Origin: Hydrolagus affinis | Lineage: Eukaryota | DNA length: 64,000 bases | NCBI GenBank assembly: GCA_012026655.1 | Contig: JAAILG010000448.1 | Span: forward strand, 1-64,000 | Reading direction: 5' to 3' | Shown: piece by piece, positions 51,752 to 62,553 of the stretch | How positions within the stretch are numbered: the first letter of the stretch is position 1 | How the letters are laid out: every line of letters starts with the position of its first letter | Notes under the pieces: model-generated | Database searches by the model: none | What the model was told of the DNA's origin: nothing | Seen by the model: only the letters and a program-made list of their open reading frames with translations | Translations under genes and position numbers: made by a program

Positions 51752-52039
51752 GAGTCCCGAACTCAGTGGTTGAAGCACTCGCCTTACAAGCTTGAGACCT
51801 GTGTTTTGAATCCAGGCGGGTCAGGGCGAAACCTTCCTTACTCCACATGCCTAATAATAATCACTCTAAAAAGAACAACAAATTGGTCATTTCAATCCAC
51901 TACTGTTTGTAGACACTGCTGTGCGCTATTGGCTGCCACATTTCGCCCGCAAATTCACTTTACAGTATATTCTATGAAGCGCTTTGAGACATCGAGAAGA
52001 CATGAAAAGCACAATATCAAATGCAAAGATTATTATTAT
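51752..52039 (+). mobile_element. Full-length Deu-core SINE (short subfamily)
   Basis: Head, core and tail as in 34664-34960, opposite orientation. Confidence 0.85.
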
Positions 52040-52200
52040 AGTTCAATTAATTTACAAGAGGCAATGAGATTGAAGGCAAGAGTTCAAAAAAGGATCAATA
52101 TTGTTAAACTGTATCCTAGCTGAAGGATAGAGAATGTTAAGAGATTAATCTGTCTTTAGAGTTTAGAATATTGAGGAGCTACTATGAATTTTCCCTAGAG

Positions 52201-52425
52201 CAGTGGCTTCCAAATGTTGAATAGTGGCGCCCACCCTAACTCAGCAACGTTTTCATTGCGCCCCCCTTCACACTCGGCTCCACACACTCGGATCCTCGGC
52301 TTCCGCACACTCGGGTTCTCGGCTCTACACGCACTTGGGGGCTTGAGACTCTAAAGCTCCACGCCCCCCCAGCCAATGGTACGCGCCCCCCAAGGGAGGC
52401 GTGCTCCACAGTTTGAAAACCACTG
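52201..52425. mobile_element. hAT-Charlie-like MITE
   Basis: TIRs CAGTGGCTTCCAAA ... TTTGAAAACCACTG; 8-bp TSD CCCTAGAG / CCCTAGTG (one mismatch, TA-centred); internal CACACTCGG repeats. Confidence 0.88.
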
Positions 52426-52502
52426 CCCTAGTGCTTGAGATAGGCGTGCGGTGCAGAAAGCACTACACATGTACAAGGTTTTGTATGCAGTTATTTCTAT
52501 GT

Positions 52503-52834
52503 GGAGTCCTGCAGCTTAGCAAGAGGACTTGGGCTTGATTCCCAGCAGAGCGAAATGTTGGGCAAGTTTCCTTACTCTGCATGCTTTTGTTCACTTAGCA
52601 GTAAGTAGGAACCCGGTTGTTAGTCATTTGTCGAATCGTTTTTCCGTAGGTAATAATCCCTGCCAAAAATAATAATTTGGTCTGTCAATCCACAACTGTT
52701 TGTGGGACACTGAAATGCGCAATTGGCTGCCACATTTTGCCCACAAGATGGTCAATTCACTTTACAATATATTGTGTGAAGCGCTTTGCGATGTCTCGGA
52801 GATGAAAGGAGATCAAATGCAAGGATTATTATTT
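52503..52834 (+). mobile_element. Deu-core SINE (long subfamily)
   Basis: Partly deleted head, AGTAAGTAGGAACCCGGTTGTTAGTC segment, Deu core and tail. Confidence 0.85.
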
Positions 52835-54374
52835 ATTTTGCTGCCAGTCTCTTGAATCTACTCTACAATGTAAACAGTGAATATCCCAGGCACCAACTGC
52901 CTCTGGTTACTTGAGAACCAGTTCTATTTGGACCAGCTCTCAAATTTACAGACTAAAATGCACTATAGTGTGAGGCTTCAAATGACAAAATGTTTGATTT
53001 ATTTATCAGGATTTCAAAGACAATTGTTTGGTTTGTACTAAATCCTAAAAATTGGAATGACAGATTTCAACTTGTCTTTTACTGAATTGCAATCCTTGTG
53101 TTAAAAACAATTTATCAAAGGTTTGATGCTTGGATCCAGAATCCAAACTGTCAGCACAGTTGACTGGTTTTATTGGAAGTGGATTGAAGCCACCAGGATT
53201 TCAGCTATGTCAGCACCTTTGTGAGATTTGGAAGACTAGCAGAAAGATGTGAAATAGCTTGGTTCCGTGTACTTTGACCCAGAGAAGGGCTTACAGCTCT
53301 GGCAAGGGTTACTTGTCATGGATAAATGCCCACGTGCAATAGAGAAAAGTACTTTTCCATTTCTGCGTATATCAAAGACAAATCTAACTCGCAGCCCTAT
53401 GTTTTTTGGTGGAAGGAGAATCGAGAAAGTGTTTGGGACACGGAAGAACCCCAACTACTATTAGGACATTACTGAACAATGGACATTACATTTCAGCATT
53501 GCTCTTTATGCCATCCCTTAATGGGAACACAGATTGCATTTGATTGTAACAGCAGTAATGTTTGGAACCATCTGACAGCATGGGAGGGTTAGTGTACTCC
53601 TGACTTCTGCAGGTTTCCTATTAATGGTCTTTCTCGGTGTCCTTCTCTAGCGATGGGTCAGTATGGCTGTTGTGTCAGAATGTTGCAAACCATGTCTATT
53701 AATACCATCCACGATGTGGGTTACCTCTTGTCTGGCGCTATGGAATCAGCCAAATATGAATCACGTGAATTCTCTTTCACCGTGCGCCTCAGGGGTAATT
53801 TAACTGCTACTGTTTTGTTGTGGTCCTTCAATGTCAGGGATTAAGAAAACAGTCAATTGGCAATAAAAGCTTGGAGGAACATAAGTGGTTAATTACAGAT
53901 ACCAAATGGATCCTCAGATTGTTGGAACCAAATATCTTAACAGCCAATTTAATTCATTTTGAATCACTCTTGCCTGTTAGGGTTGTAGGTTCAAAACCCA
54001 TGTCGGAACTTGCACTCAATTCTAGGCTCACATTCCAGTCAGCTGCACTGTCACAAGTGGTGTTAAATCACATGATGTGTAAAAAAAAAGGAAGTTTCTC
54101 CTGATATCCTGAGCAACAATCCTCCAGATAAATTTTGTTGGTGGGATCTTGCTGTTGCAAATAGCTATCGTGTTCTACAAAAAAAAAAATTCTACCAGTA
54201 TTTGGGAATTTTTAAATGATAAAAATGTAACCTTCTTAGCAGGCTAATAGTTTGTTCAAACTTGTGTTTTTCAAGAGCAGGAATGTTGAACCAAAAACAA
54301 AAGGTTGTCAATTCAGCCAAATCTTTTGACCATGAACATTATTAACTCATTGTCTGCTGTTTTTCTCCCCTCAG

Positions 54375-54471
54375 CTTATTTTCTGGAATTACTCCTAGAG
54401 TGACCTGGCTCTGTGCTGGTGCTTTCATTTTTCTGGGTGTCTATGAAGAGATGCAGACCCTGCTTCGATGA
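54375..54471 (+). CDS. SLC25A26: SLC25A26 last coding exon: (G)LFSGITPRVTWLCAGAFIFLGVYEEMQTLLR*
   Basis: TTTTTCTCCCCTCAG acceptor, phase 2 matches the previous exon. Helix 6 resembles human [24 protein letters not shown] (recalled). TGA at 54469-54471. Confidence 0.95.
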
Positions 54472-54545
54472 GCAAATTCGGAAACAGAAGACACTCGTGC
54501 TGCTGCTACACCAATGGAAAGATACTTGCTGATATTATAATTTTT

Positions 54546-54551
54546 TTTATT
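54546..54551 (-). terminator. Probable LRIG1 polyadenylation signal (AATAAA on minus strand)
   Basis: The only canonical minus-strand AATAAA I found between the two stop codons; preceded on that strand by TGTA motifs and an AU-rich block. Confidence 0.55.
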
Positions 54552-54722
54552 AAATTCACTTCAATAACATTTGTTAGACACTTCTGTATCTTACATTTTT
54601 CTCTGTACATTACCAAATTTTATAAATAAATACCTTTGTACAGAAAAGTAAAGCTTCCTTTCTCTTTGCCTCTAAAGCATCATTGCTATGTATGTTCTGA
54701 CAATGTATAAAAGAAAAATAAA
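54549..54722 (+). terminator. Candidate SLC25A26 polyadenylation signals: ATTAAA 54549-54554, AATAAA 54625-54630, AATAAA 54717-54722
   Basis: Hexamers lie 80-250 nt after the stop codon; which is used cannot be determined from sequence. Confidence 0.5.
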
Positions 54723-55812
54723 TCTGTTAAACTATTTAATTGAGGCTGATTCAGAATAGAAAATGTGGTGGAAGGGTTAACATTCTGTCATTGATTTCAT
54801 GAATCTTTATATTTAGTTTGTTTTCCATTTTAGCAAGATTGATTAGTAATAATGTCTATTTGTAAGGAACAGTTGCTAACAAAATGGATTCAAGATTGCA
54901 GTCAGTAAATATTGTTTATCTCCATCACTATCAGCCCTTTGACACCTATAGGGACAGAGTACAATTCTTATAACTTCCCATGTGATCTAGACAGGTAGTT
55001 TTGCAGTACCTCATTTCCTTTGTTGCTAATAGCAAGGCAACATGTGTAAAATGCCTCTGCAAGGCAAAGTGTGTAAAATTACTCAAGCACATTACTCTGT
55101 AATGAGGTTGATTTCCTCCATGATCCTCAAGTACTTGAGTAGGTTTACTGCAAATATACTCTGTACCACATCAAGACCTTTGAAAGTGCAGCCACGGAGA
55201 AATTTGTGATCTAAAATGTAGTATGTCCTTATCAAGTATTTATGGAATCCTACACATTACTTGTCCAAGAATGCTTTTGTAATGAAGTATTGATATATGT
55301 AACATTATTCAGTAGTAGGGGAAGAGTAGATTTATATCAGCATTGGAACTCCTACCATTAAGGCACCAGGAGGTTTTTAAAAATTTGAATAAAGTAACCA
55401 ATGTAACAAGGAGAAAGTTTTTTTAAAAAAAAACTAAACTTTTAGTTATTCATGCACTAAATAAGGTTAAAATAACATCTGTAAAAGATACATATCTGGA
55501 AACTCTTATGTACAAACATATAAAACGCATTCCTTTGTCTATACATTCCCACATTTACATGCTTTAAATGCAAGTCAATTGTTGAACTACCAATAATACT
55601 TCCCATAGAAGCTTAAGGAATATATACAATTTTAGAAAAACGCTCGAACAGGATTTTTCCCCAAACAAGCTCTGCCCTGACAAGTCTTCAGGTCTGTGAA
55701 GAGGTATGATATACAAACAGGTGAGGTAGTAACAAAAGCTGACGAAAGTTTTCAGTGCACAGGCATAGGCATGCATTCATCTGCAATTTTCTTCAGTTTG
55801 GTCTCTTACAAG

Positions 55813-55985
55813 CTATACCTCACATGAGCGTGGTAGCTTTCCATTTAGTAGTAATGTCTGTCTGACCTCAGCCTCAGGTACACTGTACAATAAAGTCTGA
55901 GGATTTTCACACATTGCTGTTTGCTGCTGTTTTGAGCCCTCTGGTGATGACGGTCGCACAGGATCGTGTGTTGTTCTAACAGGTT
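55813..55985 (-). CDS. LRIG1: LRIG1 last coding exon: (E)PVRTTHDPVRPSSPEG...EAEVRQTLLLNGKLPRSCEV*
   Basis: Pyrimidine tract + TTAG acceptor, phase 1. LLNGKLPRSC resembles mammalian LVSNGHLPKAC (recalled). TAG at 55815-55813. Confidence 0.8.
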
Positions 55986-56382
55986 CTAACAAAAGGAAAA
56001 TGAAAAGGTTTCAATCTCGCAAAGTTTTCCAATTTAACTTAAACAGCTAACTATAGGAACATCTTATTGGATCAGGTCTAATAAGATATGAACAAAAATG
56101 TAGTGGCTAATCTATTAGCCCATTTATTTCAAACAGATCGCATTATTCAACATGATGCTTTGCAGTTAATAAAAATAATAGAAATAATAATCCTTGCATT
56201 TGATATAGTGCCTTTCACATCTTATCGAGTTCTCAAAGTGCTTCACAGAACAAACTGTATTCTGTGAAATGACTGTATATTTGTGGACGAAACACGGCAG
56301 TGCCCAGCAGTGTCCCACAAATAGTCATGGATTGAAATGACCAATTTTATTACTTTTTTTGGAGGGATTATTATTATTATTA

Positions 56383-57193
56383 CAGTAAAAGCTCGTTTAT
56401 CCGGCACCCTCGGGACCTGGCCAATGCCGGTTAAACTGCATGCCGGATATTCGGGCAGCCAGCTACTGAAAACCCAACACCATTTTTTTTAATAAATAAA
56501 TAAACATTTTAAATTAAAAACATTTAAACATACCATATTAATAATAGACTAAATAATAACAGAATATTGTATGGATACTTACCAATAAAGCAATAAATAT
56601 CAATTAGTCTATAAACACAGCACACAATCAAAAGGGTACTCTCGTTTCTCTCTCTTTCACACACACACTCAGTCAGTCTGGTATCTCAGTGGCTCCAAAC
56701 CCAACCACCTCCACTCCTCATTTTCCATCTAAATTAAGCAACTCACCCCCTCTCTCTCTCACCTCCTCTCCCCCACCTCTCTCTCTCCCCCCTCCCCCCC
56801 ACTCCTCTCTCTTTCTCCCTGCCCCCCCTTCCCCTCTCTTTCTCCCACCCTTCCCTCTCTTTCTCCCTCCTCTCTTTCTCCCCCCTCTACCTCCTCTTTC
56901 CCTCTTTTTCTCCCCCTGCCCCCTTTCCCTCCCCCCACCCCTCTCTCGCTGCCTCTCTCTCAAACCTGGAAGTGCACTACCACAGCATTCAGAGGTAATT
57001 GTACTGTACTCTGAGGGAAAAAAACAGCAGTACCACCTTCAGACACTAGTAGCAGCATTCCGAAATACTGATACGTAGGGGAAAAAGCAATTGTTCCGGA
57101 TAAGATCCAGTTAATCGAATATAGACCTTTTTTGAGGTGCTGGTTATACGGAAGTTACGGTTGATTGGGTCACAGATAAACAGACTTTTACTG
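56383..57193 (+). mobile_element. Tigger/pogo-like non-autonomous transposon
   Basis: TA|CAGTAAAAGCTCGTTTATCCGGCACC ... GATAAACAGACTTTTACTG|TA; both ends match 6903-7110. Confidence 0.9.
56745..56960 (+). repeat. Polypyrimidine (CT-rich) low-complexity tract
   Basis: About 215 nt almost entirely C/T, inside the Tigger-like element. Confidence 0.9.
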
Positions 57194-57608
57194 TATTAGG
57201 CGTGTGGAGAAAGGAAACTTGCCCAAGGTTTCGCTGTGACCTGCCTGGATTCGAACACATGTCTCAAGCTTGCAAGGCGACTGCTCTAACCATTGAGCTA
57301 CAGAACTCATAGTTCAGTGAAAGTTGAAAATGTGCTTCACTTTTTACATTGCTGGAAAATTAAAATAATATGAAACGGTCACATGTAGTTTTGCGCTAAC
57401 ATTGACAAAAAGAAGCAAAAGTATAGGAGCTGCTCCATTCAGCTCATCTGATTTTGCGTATCTCCTGCTATTTACCTAATCTTGCATGGGGGGTGGGAGG
57501 CAATTTGAGTGCTTTTAAGAATTAGCAACCAGGAATCTGAGAGTCTGTTAAGATCTGCGAGGACCAAGAGGTCCCAACTTCAGGATATTTGGAGCTTTCA
57601 AAAATTAC

Positions 57609-57893
57609 CTCTTTTATCTGGATATTTTTCAGCTGCTGACTTTGGTGATTCTGAAGGCATCCTGTCGTGGTTGCTAGGATATATAGCATCTTCTCGTTCG
57701 CTCACACTATTGAAACTTCCATTGCAGAGATGATTTGAAGTGTTTCCATCAGTTCTGTAGTGCTCTGGACTATGTTGCTGGTATGGATGATCTATAATTT
57801 TATAAGGTTTTTTACAATATTCTCGATCATTGCCATAGATGTTACCATTCTCAAATTGATCAACAGGAACCTTTATTGGAACACCAAACGTAC
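57609..57893 (-). CDS. LRIG1: LRIG1 cytoplasmic exon (285 nt): (G)TFGVPIKVP...AIYPSNHDRMPSESPKSAAEKYPDKR
   Basis: TTTCTTGATTCCAATAG acceptor, G|GTAATT donor, phase 1-1; conserved YPSNHDRM motif. Confidence 0.85.
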
Positions 57894-58894
57894 CTATTGG
57901 AATCAAGAAATTCTCAGTCATTAAACCCCCCCCAAATTGTCTTACAGGCTCCTATTGAAACCAGACATTCAAAATGCACAAGCAATCATACAGCTTGACT
58001 TGCCTACTGTGAAATAATAAAAGCAATGCCTTCTCAGACTCATGGCTGGAGGTTTGCAGTCGATAACATTTCAGCGGGGACTTAGCCAATTATCGGAAAA
58101 TTATGATTGGACAGGTTAATTTAGGTAACTATATTCAGAAATGTAAGCAATACTCGGGAACAAAAATCCCACCCATCCAGAAGCCTGGAAATGATTCAAT
58201 TATAAATTTTAAAAGGCCATTTACCACAAACAATTGCATGCAAAACCGCTCAACAATCCTTCCAATTGGCTGAAAAGGGGTTTTCACCAATTAGTTTTGA
58301 AGTGAAGCTGTCATGCTCCATTGTATTTTTTACAGCAGTAAAAAGATTCTGGTCAATTACATTACTAAACTATAAAATTGATCAGTTGGGTCAATAGAAA
58401 GAAATTTTCAATTGCCAACTCAAGGTTCAAAAGTGCCCTGGAGATGTCAGCACTTGAGTGAAGTTATTAAAGTGAAATGTTAAGTGTGTTTGACTTTACA
58501 TCTGTAAAGCATTCTGCACTTGACTACCACCTGTTCCTATGATATTCATTTTCCCAGTGGACTAAGATATACTTGTCAACCTTATCGACTGTTAAACCAA
58601 AGCCATTGATTTTTGGGAGGGAGCAAACTTTCAACCTAATTTTATTAAATGTTTCTCCACTGAAAAAAATGTCACCAATTCACTTTATAATTCATGAAAA
58701 AAAATTCATACACACTGTACATCCAGAATTCACCAAACAACCTCAATAAATCTGAGCAGTCTTTACAAACGGTCACACATCTATCTGCAATTGATTTAGA
58801 GAACAGGCAAGAGGTTGTTGTGAAGCTGTAACAGAATCTGATTGAATTCTGAATGTTTAATTAAGTGGACATTTAGTTTGTAAACGGCACCTAC

Positions 58895-59047
58895 CTATTT
58901 TGTCTGAACATAGTCTTCCTTCAATTAAATGATCATGTTTATATCCATCTTTAGCATTATAACCAATGCAATGCTTTGAAACAATGCTACAAGGAACATT
59001 AAGAGACTCCACATCTGTACAGCTCCCAGTATCAGTCCGACCCATAC
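58895..59047 (-). CDS. LRIG1: LRIG1 cytoplasmic exon (153 nt): (G)MGRTDTGSCTDVESLNVPC...RLCSDKI
   Basis: TTACAG acceptor, G|GTAGGT donor, phase 1-1, open frame bridging the neighbouring exons; sequence poorly conserved. Confidence 0.75.
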
Positions 59048-59513
59048 CTGTAATCAGATAACCTATTAGAATTCTCAGGCTAGTAAAATTATTACTTGTT
59101 GTTAATTCTGATGTCACAAACACCATTTTGCCACTGAAGATTACAGTCTTTCATTAAAAAACATGTGATCTCTATGTAGAAAATTGTAAAACTAGAAACA
59201 TCCAAAATGGAGGTTTCAGAAAATATGTCAACTGAACCAGATAGATAATTAAAACTAACTAACTCGTAGGAGTCTAGGGAAAGGGGGCAAACAGGACAAA
59301 ATCACCCCTTCGAAGAGATATGATGGGCCTTTTTTTAATCCCATAAATTACTATGGTTCTATTTAATATACATGAAATTTGAAACTCCAAGTTGCAGCAG
59401 TCAGATCATAAAATAATGAACAGCTGAGAATGAAACTTTATCTTTGTAAGAGGCCAAATGGGTTGTAGAATACATTTCATTATGTTCATCCTGCAATAAA
59501 GAAGCATACATAC

Positions 59514-59660
59514 CATTGCTCTCCATGTGGCCATTGGGCATGGAGACTGCAAGCTGCAAGTTGCTGCCAATATCAACTTTGACACAAACTTCCTGACGCT
59601 CAGAGAGTGTTCCTTGTGACGAGAGGTAACTTGGTACATCGGGTGGTACTATAGTTTCAT
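59514..59660 (-). CDS. LRIG1: LRIG1 juxtamembrane cytoplasmic exon (147 nt): (D)[23 protein letters not shown]...NGHMESN
   Basis: TTTTGCAG acceptor, G|GTATGT donor, phase 1-1; LRIG hallmark [10 protein letters not shown]. The ORF track reads this region in the wrong frame. Confidence 0.95.
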
Positions 59661-60184
59661 CTGCAAAATATATACATACAGATCTAAATAAGTGTGAAAA
59701 TGACAGTTCTTTTACTGGACTACTTTATAAGAAACCACAATGGACCCGCCCTAATTCTGAACATAGCTTTTGATTGCTCGTAATACAATTATATCGATAT
59801 TGATAAAATAAAAAAATCCTTAGTGTCCAAGACAATCATGATATTCTGCCAAGCATTCTACAAGTTTGCAAATTATTTTTCCTTGTAAGTAAACTGTCTT
59901 CATAAAATCAACATAAATGAACATAAATGTTCATAAAATGAACTAATAAATAAATAAAACAGTCTAGCAAAACTCAAATATAACTTCATCACTCACAGCA
60001 GACTGGCAAGGCTGAAGTGCATGCATATTAAAAAAGAATTCAGAGGACACAAAACAATTCTGTGGCTCTCGATAAGCCAAGGTAGGTTTGGAAATATACA
60101 GTTCTTAAAGAGGATGAGAAGCAGGATTTTCGGTTTTGATACATTGCACACAGGCAGACAACAAACTGAAATCTATGTACCCAC

Positions 60185-60622
60185 CTGTATTAGTAACACT
60201 GTATTCTTCACTCTTTTTCCTGGTCTGATAAATGATGCATACCCATACTAGCGAAGTTACCACAATACTACAGACCACTGCAATAATGACAATGCCCACA
60301 GTCATAGTTCCATCCTTTTTGCCGTATCCCATAGCACAACTTGCTGACGATACAATGTTGAGGTGGCTGTAAGCTCGCTCTGTGCCAAGTGTATTGGACA
60401 TCTCGCATGTGTATTTACCCCCATCACTTGATACGACATTTCGGATGATTAGCAATTGGTTGCCGGGTGTGAAGTGGTGCCTCTCTGTAACCACAAGGGG
60501 CTCATCACTCTTAAGCCAAGTTATTCGAGGGGAGGGACTGCCTGATGCCATGCACTGTAAAGCTACAGTTTCTCCAATAGCCACAATTTGGTCTTCGAGA
60601 GGATAAACCAATGATGGAGTTT
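60185..60622 (-). CDS. LRIG1: LRIG1 exon: third Ig domain plus transmembrane helix (438 nt)
   Basis: (E)[10 protein letters not shown]...GETVALQC...[13 protein letters not shown]...[38 protein letters not shown]; TTTTTTTAG acceptor, G|GTGGGT donor. Confidence 0.97.
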
Positions 60623-60764
60623 CTAAAAAAAAGTAATATTAGACAGGTCAGTAATTGAATTTCTCATCATACTCGGATATTTTGATCATTTCCAAATGTG
60701 CACTACTTCCAAAAATGGAAAATTGGTAAATGGGATATTGAACACATTTAATAAGATTACATTA

Positions 60765-60882
60765 CAAAATAAAAACAGAAATGGCTGGGAACACTGGAGA
60801 AAGATAAACTAAGTCAACGTTTCAAAGTTTCATCAGAACAGGTTTCAGATTGCCAGCATCTGCAGAATATTGCATTTTGTTT
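60765..60882. mobile_element. Remnant of a Penelope-type terminal repeat
   Basis: AAAACAGAAATGGCTGG...AACGTTTC..TTCATCAGAAC...TTTCAGATTGCCAGCATCTGCAG resembles an abundant chondrichthyan Penelope-derived repeat (recalled); internally deleted. Confidence 0.5.
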
Positions 60883-60979
60883 ACATTAAAAATAGTTTGA
60901 CTAATAATAATCCTTGCATTTGATATAATGCTTTTCACATCTTCTAAATGTCTCAAAGCACTTTGCCTCCGTTGCATTT

Positions 60980-61385
60980 GAGTCCTCGACTACCTGCAAC
61001 TTCCAACATATAGAGCACTCGCCTCATAGGCAATAAACCTGGGTTCAATTCAGCTCCTTGGGACGTCCTCCTGACGTGAAAGACGCTCTACAAATGTAAT
61101 TTTATTGTTGTTGTTGATTCCCTATGCCTCCGTTTAGCTATCAGTAAGTAGGAACTCAGTTGTTGGTCGATTGGTGGATTGCTTTTCAGAGGATATTAAC
61201 TCCTTCCAAAAAAAATGAATTGGTCACTTCAAACCAATGTTTGTGGGACACTGCTGTGTGCAACTGGCTGCTGCATTTCACCTACAAAATATACAGTCAG
61301 TTCACTTTATGGTATATTTTGTGAAGCACTTTGAGATGTCTCAAAGATGTGATCAAGCGTTATATCAAATGCAAGGTTTATTATT
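60980..61385 (+). mobile_element. Deu-core SINE carrying an inserted L2 3' tail (about 61053-61116)
   Basis: Head (AGAGCACTCGCCTCA..GGTTCAATTC), then CCTTGGGACGTCCTCCTGACGTGAAAGACGCTCTACAAATG..(GTT)n, then SINE centre, core and tail. Confidence 0.75.
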
Positions 61386-61958
61386 CTAGATTGTTTCACG
61401 CATTTCAGTATACAACACAATGTCTCTGTAAACCACGTTATTTAAGCAGCAATCGGTGCTCACTTGGCAGGTCACCATGTGAATGGAAATATAAAAAGAT
61501 CCCACTCACTCTTATTCCCATTAATTAATTCATTCTGCATACATGTGAGAGAGTACAATACTTTGTTTAAAGAGACCTAAATAAACATTCTATTCACCTG
61601 GAGACTGAATCAACAAATTGCTGTGGATCAAAGGGAAGTAAATTGACTATAATCATGATCCAAAAATCTTCCTTATTGATAAAATTTTAAGTTAAATAGT
61701 TTTTCCTTTGCCACAATGTTTTACTTTTAAAAACTTGTGATTTGGACATTCAAGCTTTGATCTTATCGGAGGTAAATCTAAATGGACTGGAATCACAATT
61801 ATCCACCAGAAATGAGAAGGCAGTTAATCTGTTCATTTGCTTGCTTAAGTCAGCTCTCACCAGCCCCTCAACATGGCCATTAAAATTCAAAGAAATCCTT
61901 CCTTTATGGCAAATAATTAAGGATTAACTGTAGATATAAATTTCTGAATCCACCTTAC

Positions 61959-62240
61959 CTAACACTGTGAGAGAAGCATTGGCAGAAATGGTGCCAGCAA
62001 TATTTTGAGCTGTACAACTGTAAACCCCCATGTCTTCAGTTTTCACGTCCACAATAAAGAAAACATCATCTTCAGGCATCACGTGCATGCGCCTTTCTCG
62101 AGCAGCAGGAAAATCTGTGCCTCCATCTTTCTGCCATGCAATCTGTGGAGCTGGGTGGCCAGTTGCTGCACATTCAAGACGGGCATTTGCTCCGGTTCGG
62201 ATCGTTAGATCTCTTGGAATCTTAACAAACGATGGTAATA
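61959..62240 (-). CDS. LRIG1: LRIG1 exon: second Ig domain (282 nt)
   Basis: (V)[55 protein letters not shown]...YSCTAQN...LTVL; TTTGCAG acceptor, G|GTAAGG donor, phase 1-1. Confidence 0.97.
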
Positions 62241-62553
62241 CTGCAAATATATAACTAAAGTTAATGAGGGTTTCCATTTTAACTGGTGCTGATCAATATT
62301 AATTTTATTACATTTTCTGCTTTTTAAAACTACTATATTGCAAAATATTATCCAAGTTTTTTATCCAAAGTCTTGGAACACCTGATGATTTAAGAAAAAT
62401 ATTCAATAATCAAATAATGATAAAGTGTTCAAAATAGACTTGTTAGTGAAACGGTGCCATTTCATTAGTTGAAAATGCAGGTTGAATTATGAATATTTTG
62501 TATTGTTACACATTTCAATTAGGAAATTTGTAGCAAATCCAAAATGTACTCAC

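Larger units (their letters stand above)
56182..57308 (-). mobile_element. Deu-core SINE split in two by a DNA transposon
   Basis: Tail and core at 56182-56380 and tRNA-like head at 57196-57308 join into one copy when 56383-57193 is removed. Confidence 0.88.

Noticed and set aside
56689-57078. Pro/Leu/Ser-rich and Arg/Gly/Glu-rich ORFs
   Set aside because: Translations of the CT low-complexity tract.
57894-57960. Apparent frameshift at a G8 run if the LRIG1 exon began at 57951
   Set aside because: The downstream acceptor at 57893 has a better pyrimidine tract and the correct phase, so no frameshift or pseudogenisation is needed.
59900-59960. Short tandem and palindromic AT-rich repeats (also near 1315, 4570, 9840, 26335, 63168)
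   Set aside because: Ordinary replication-slippage microduplications with no sign of function.
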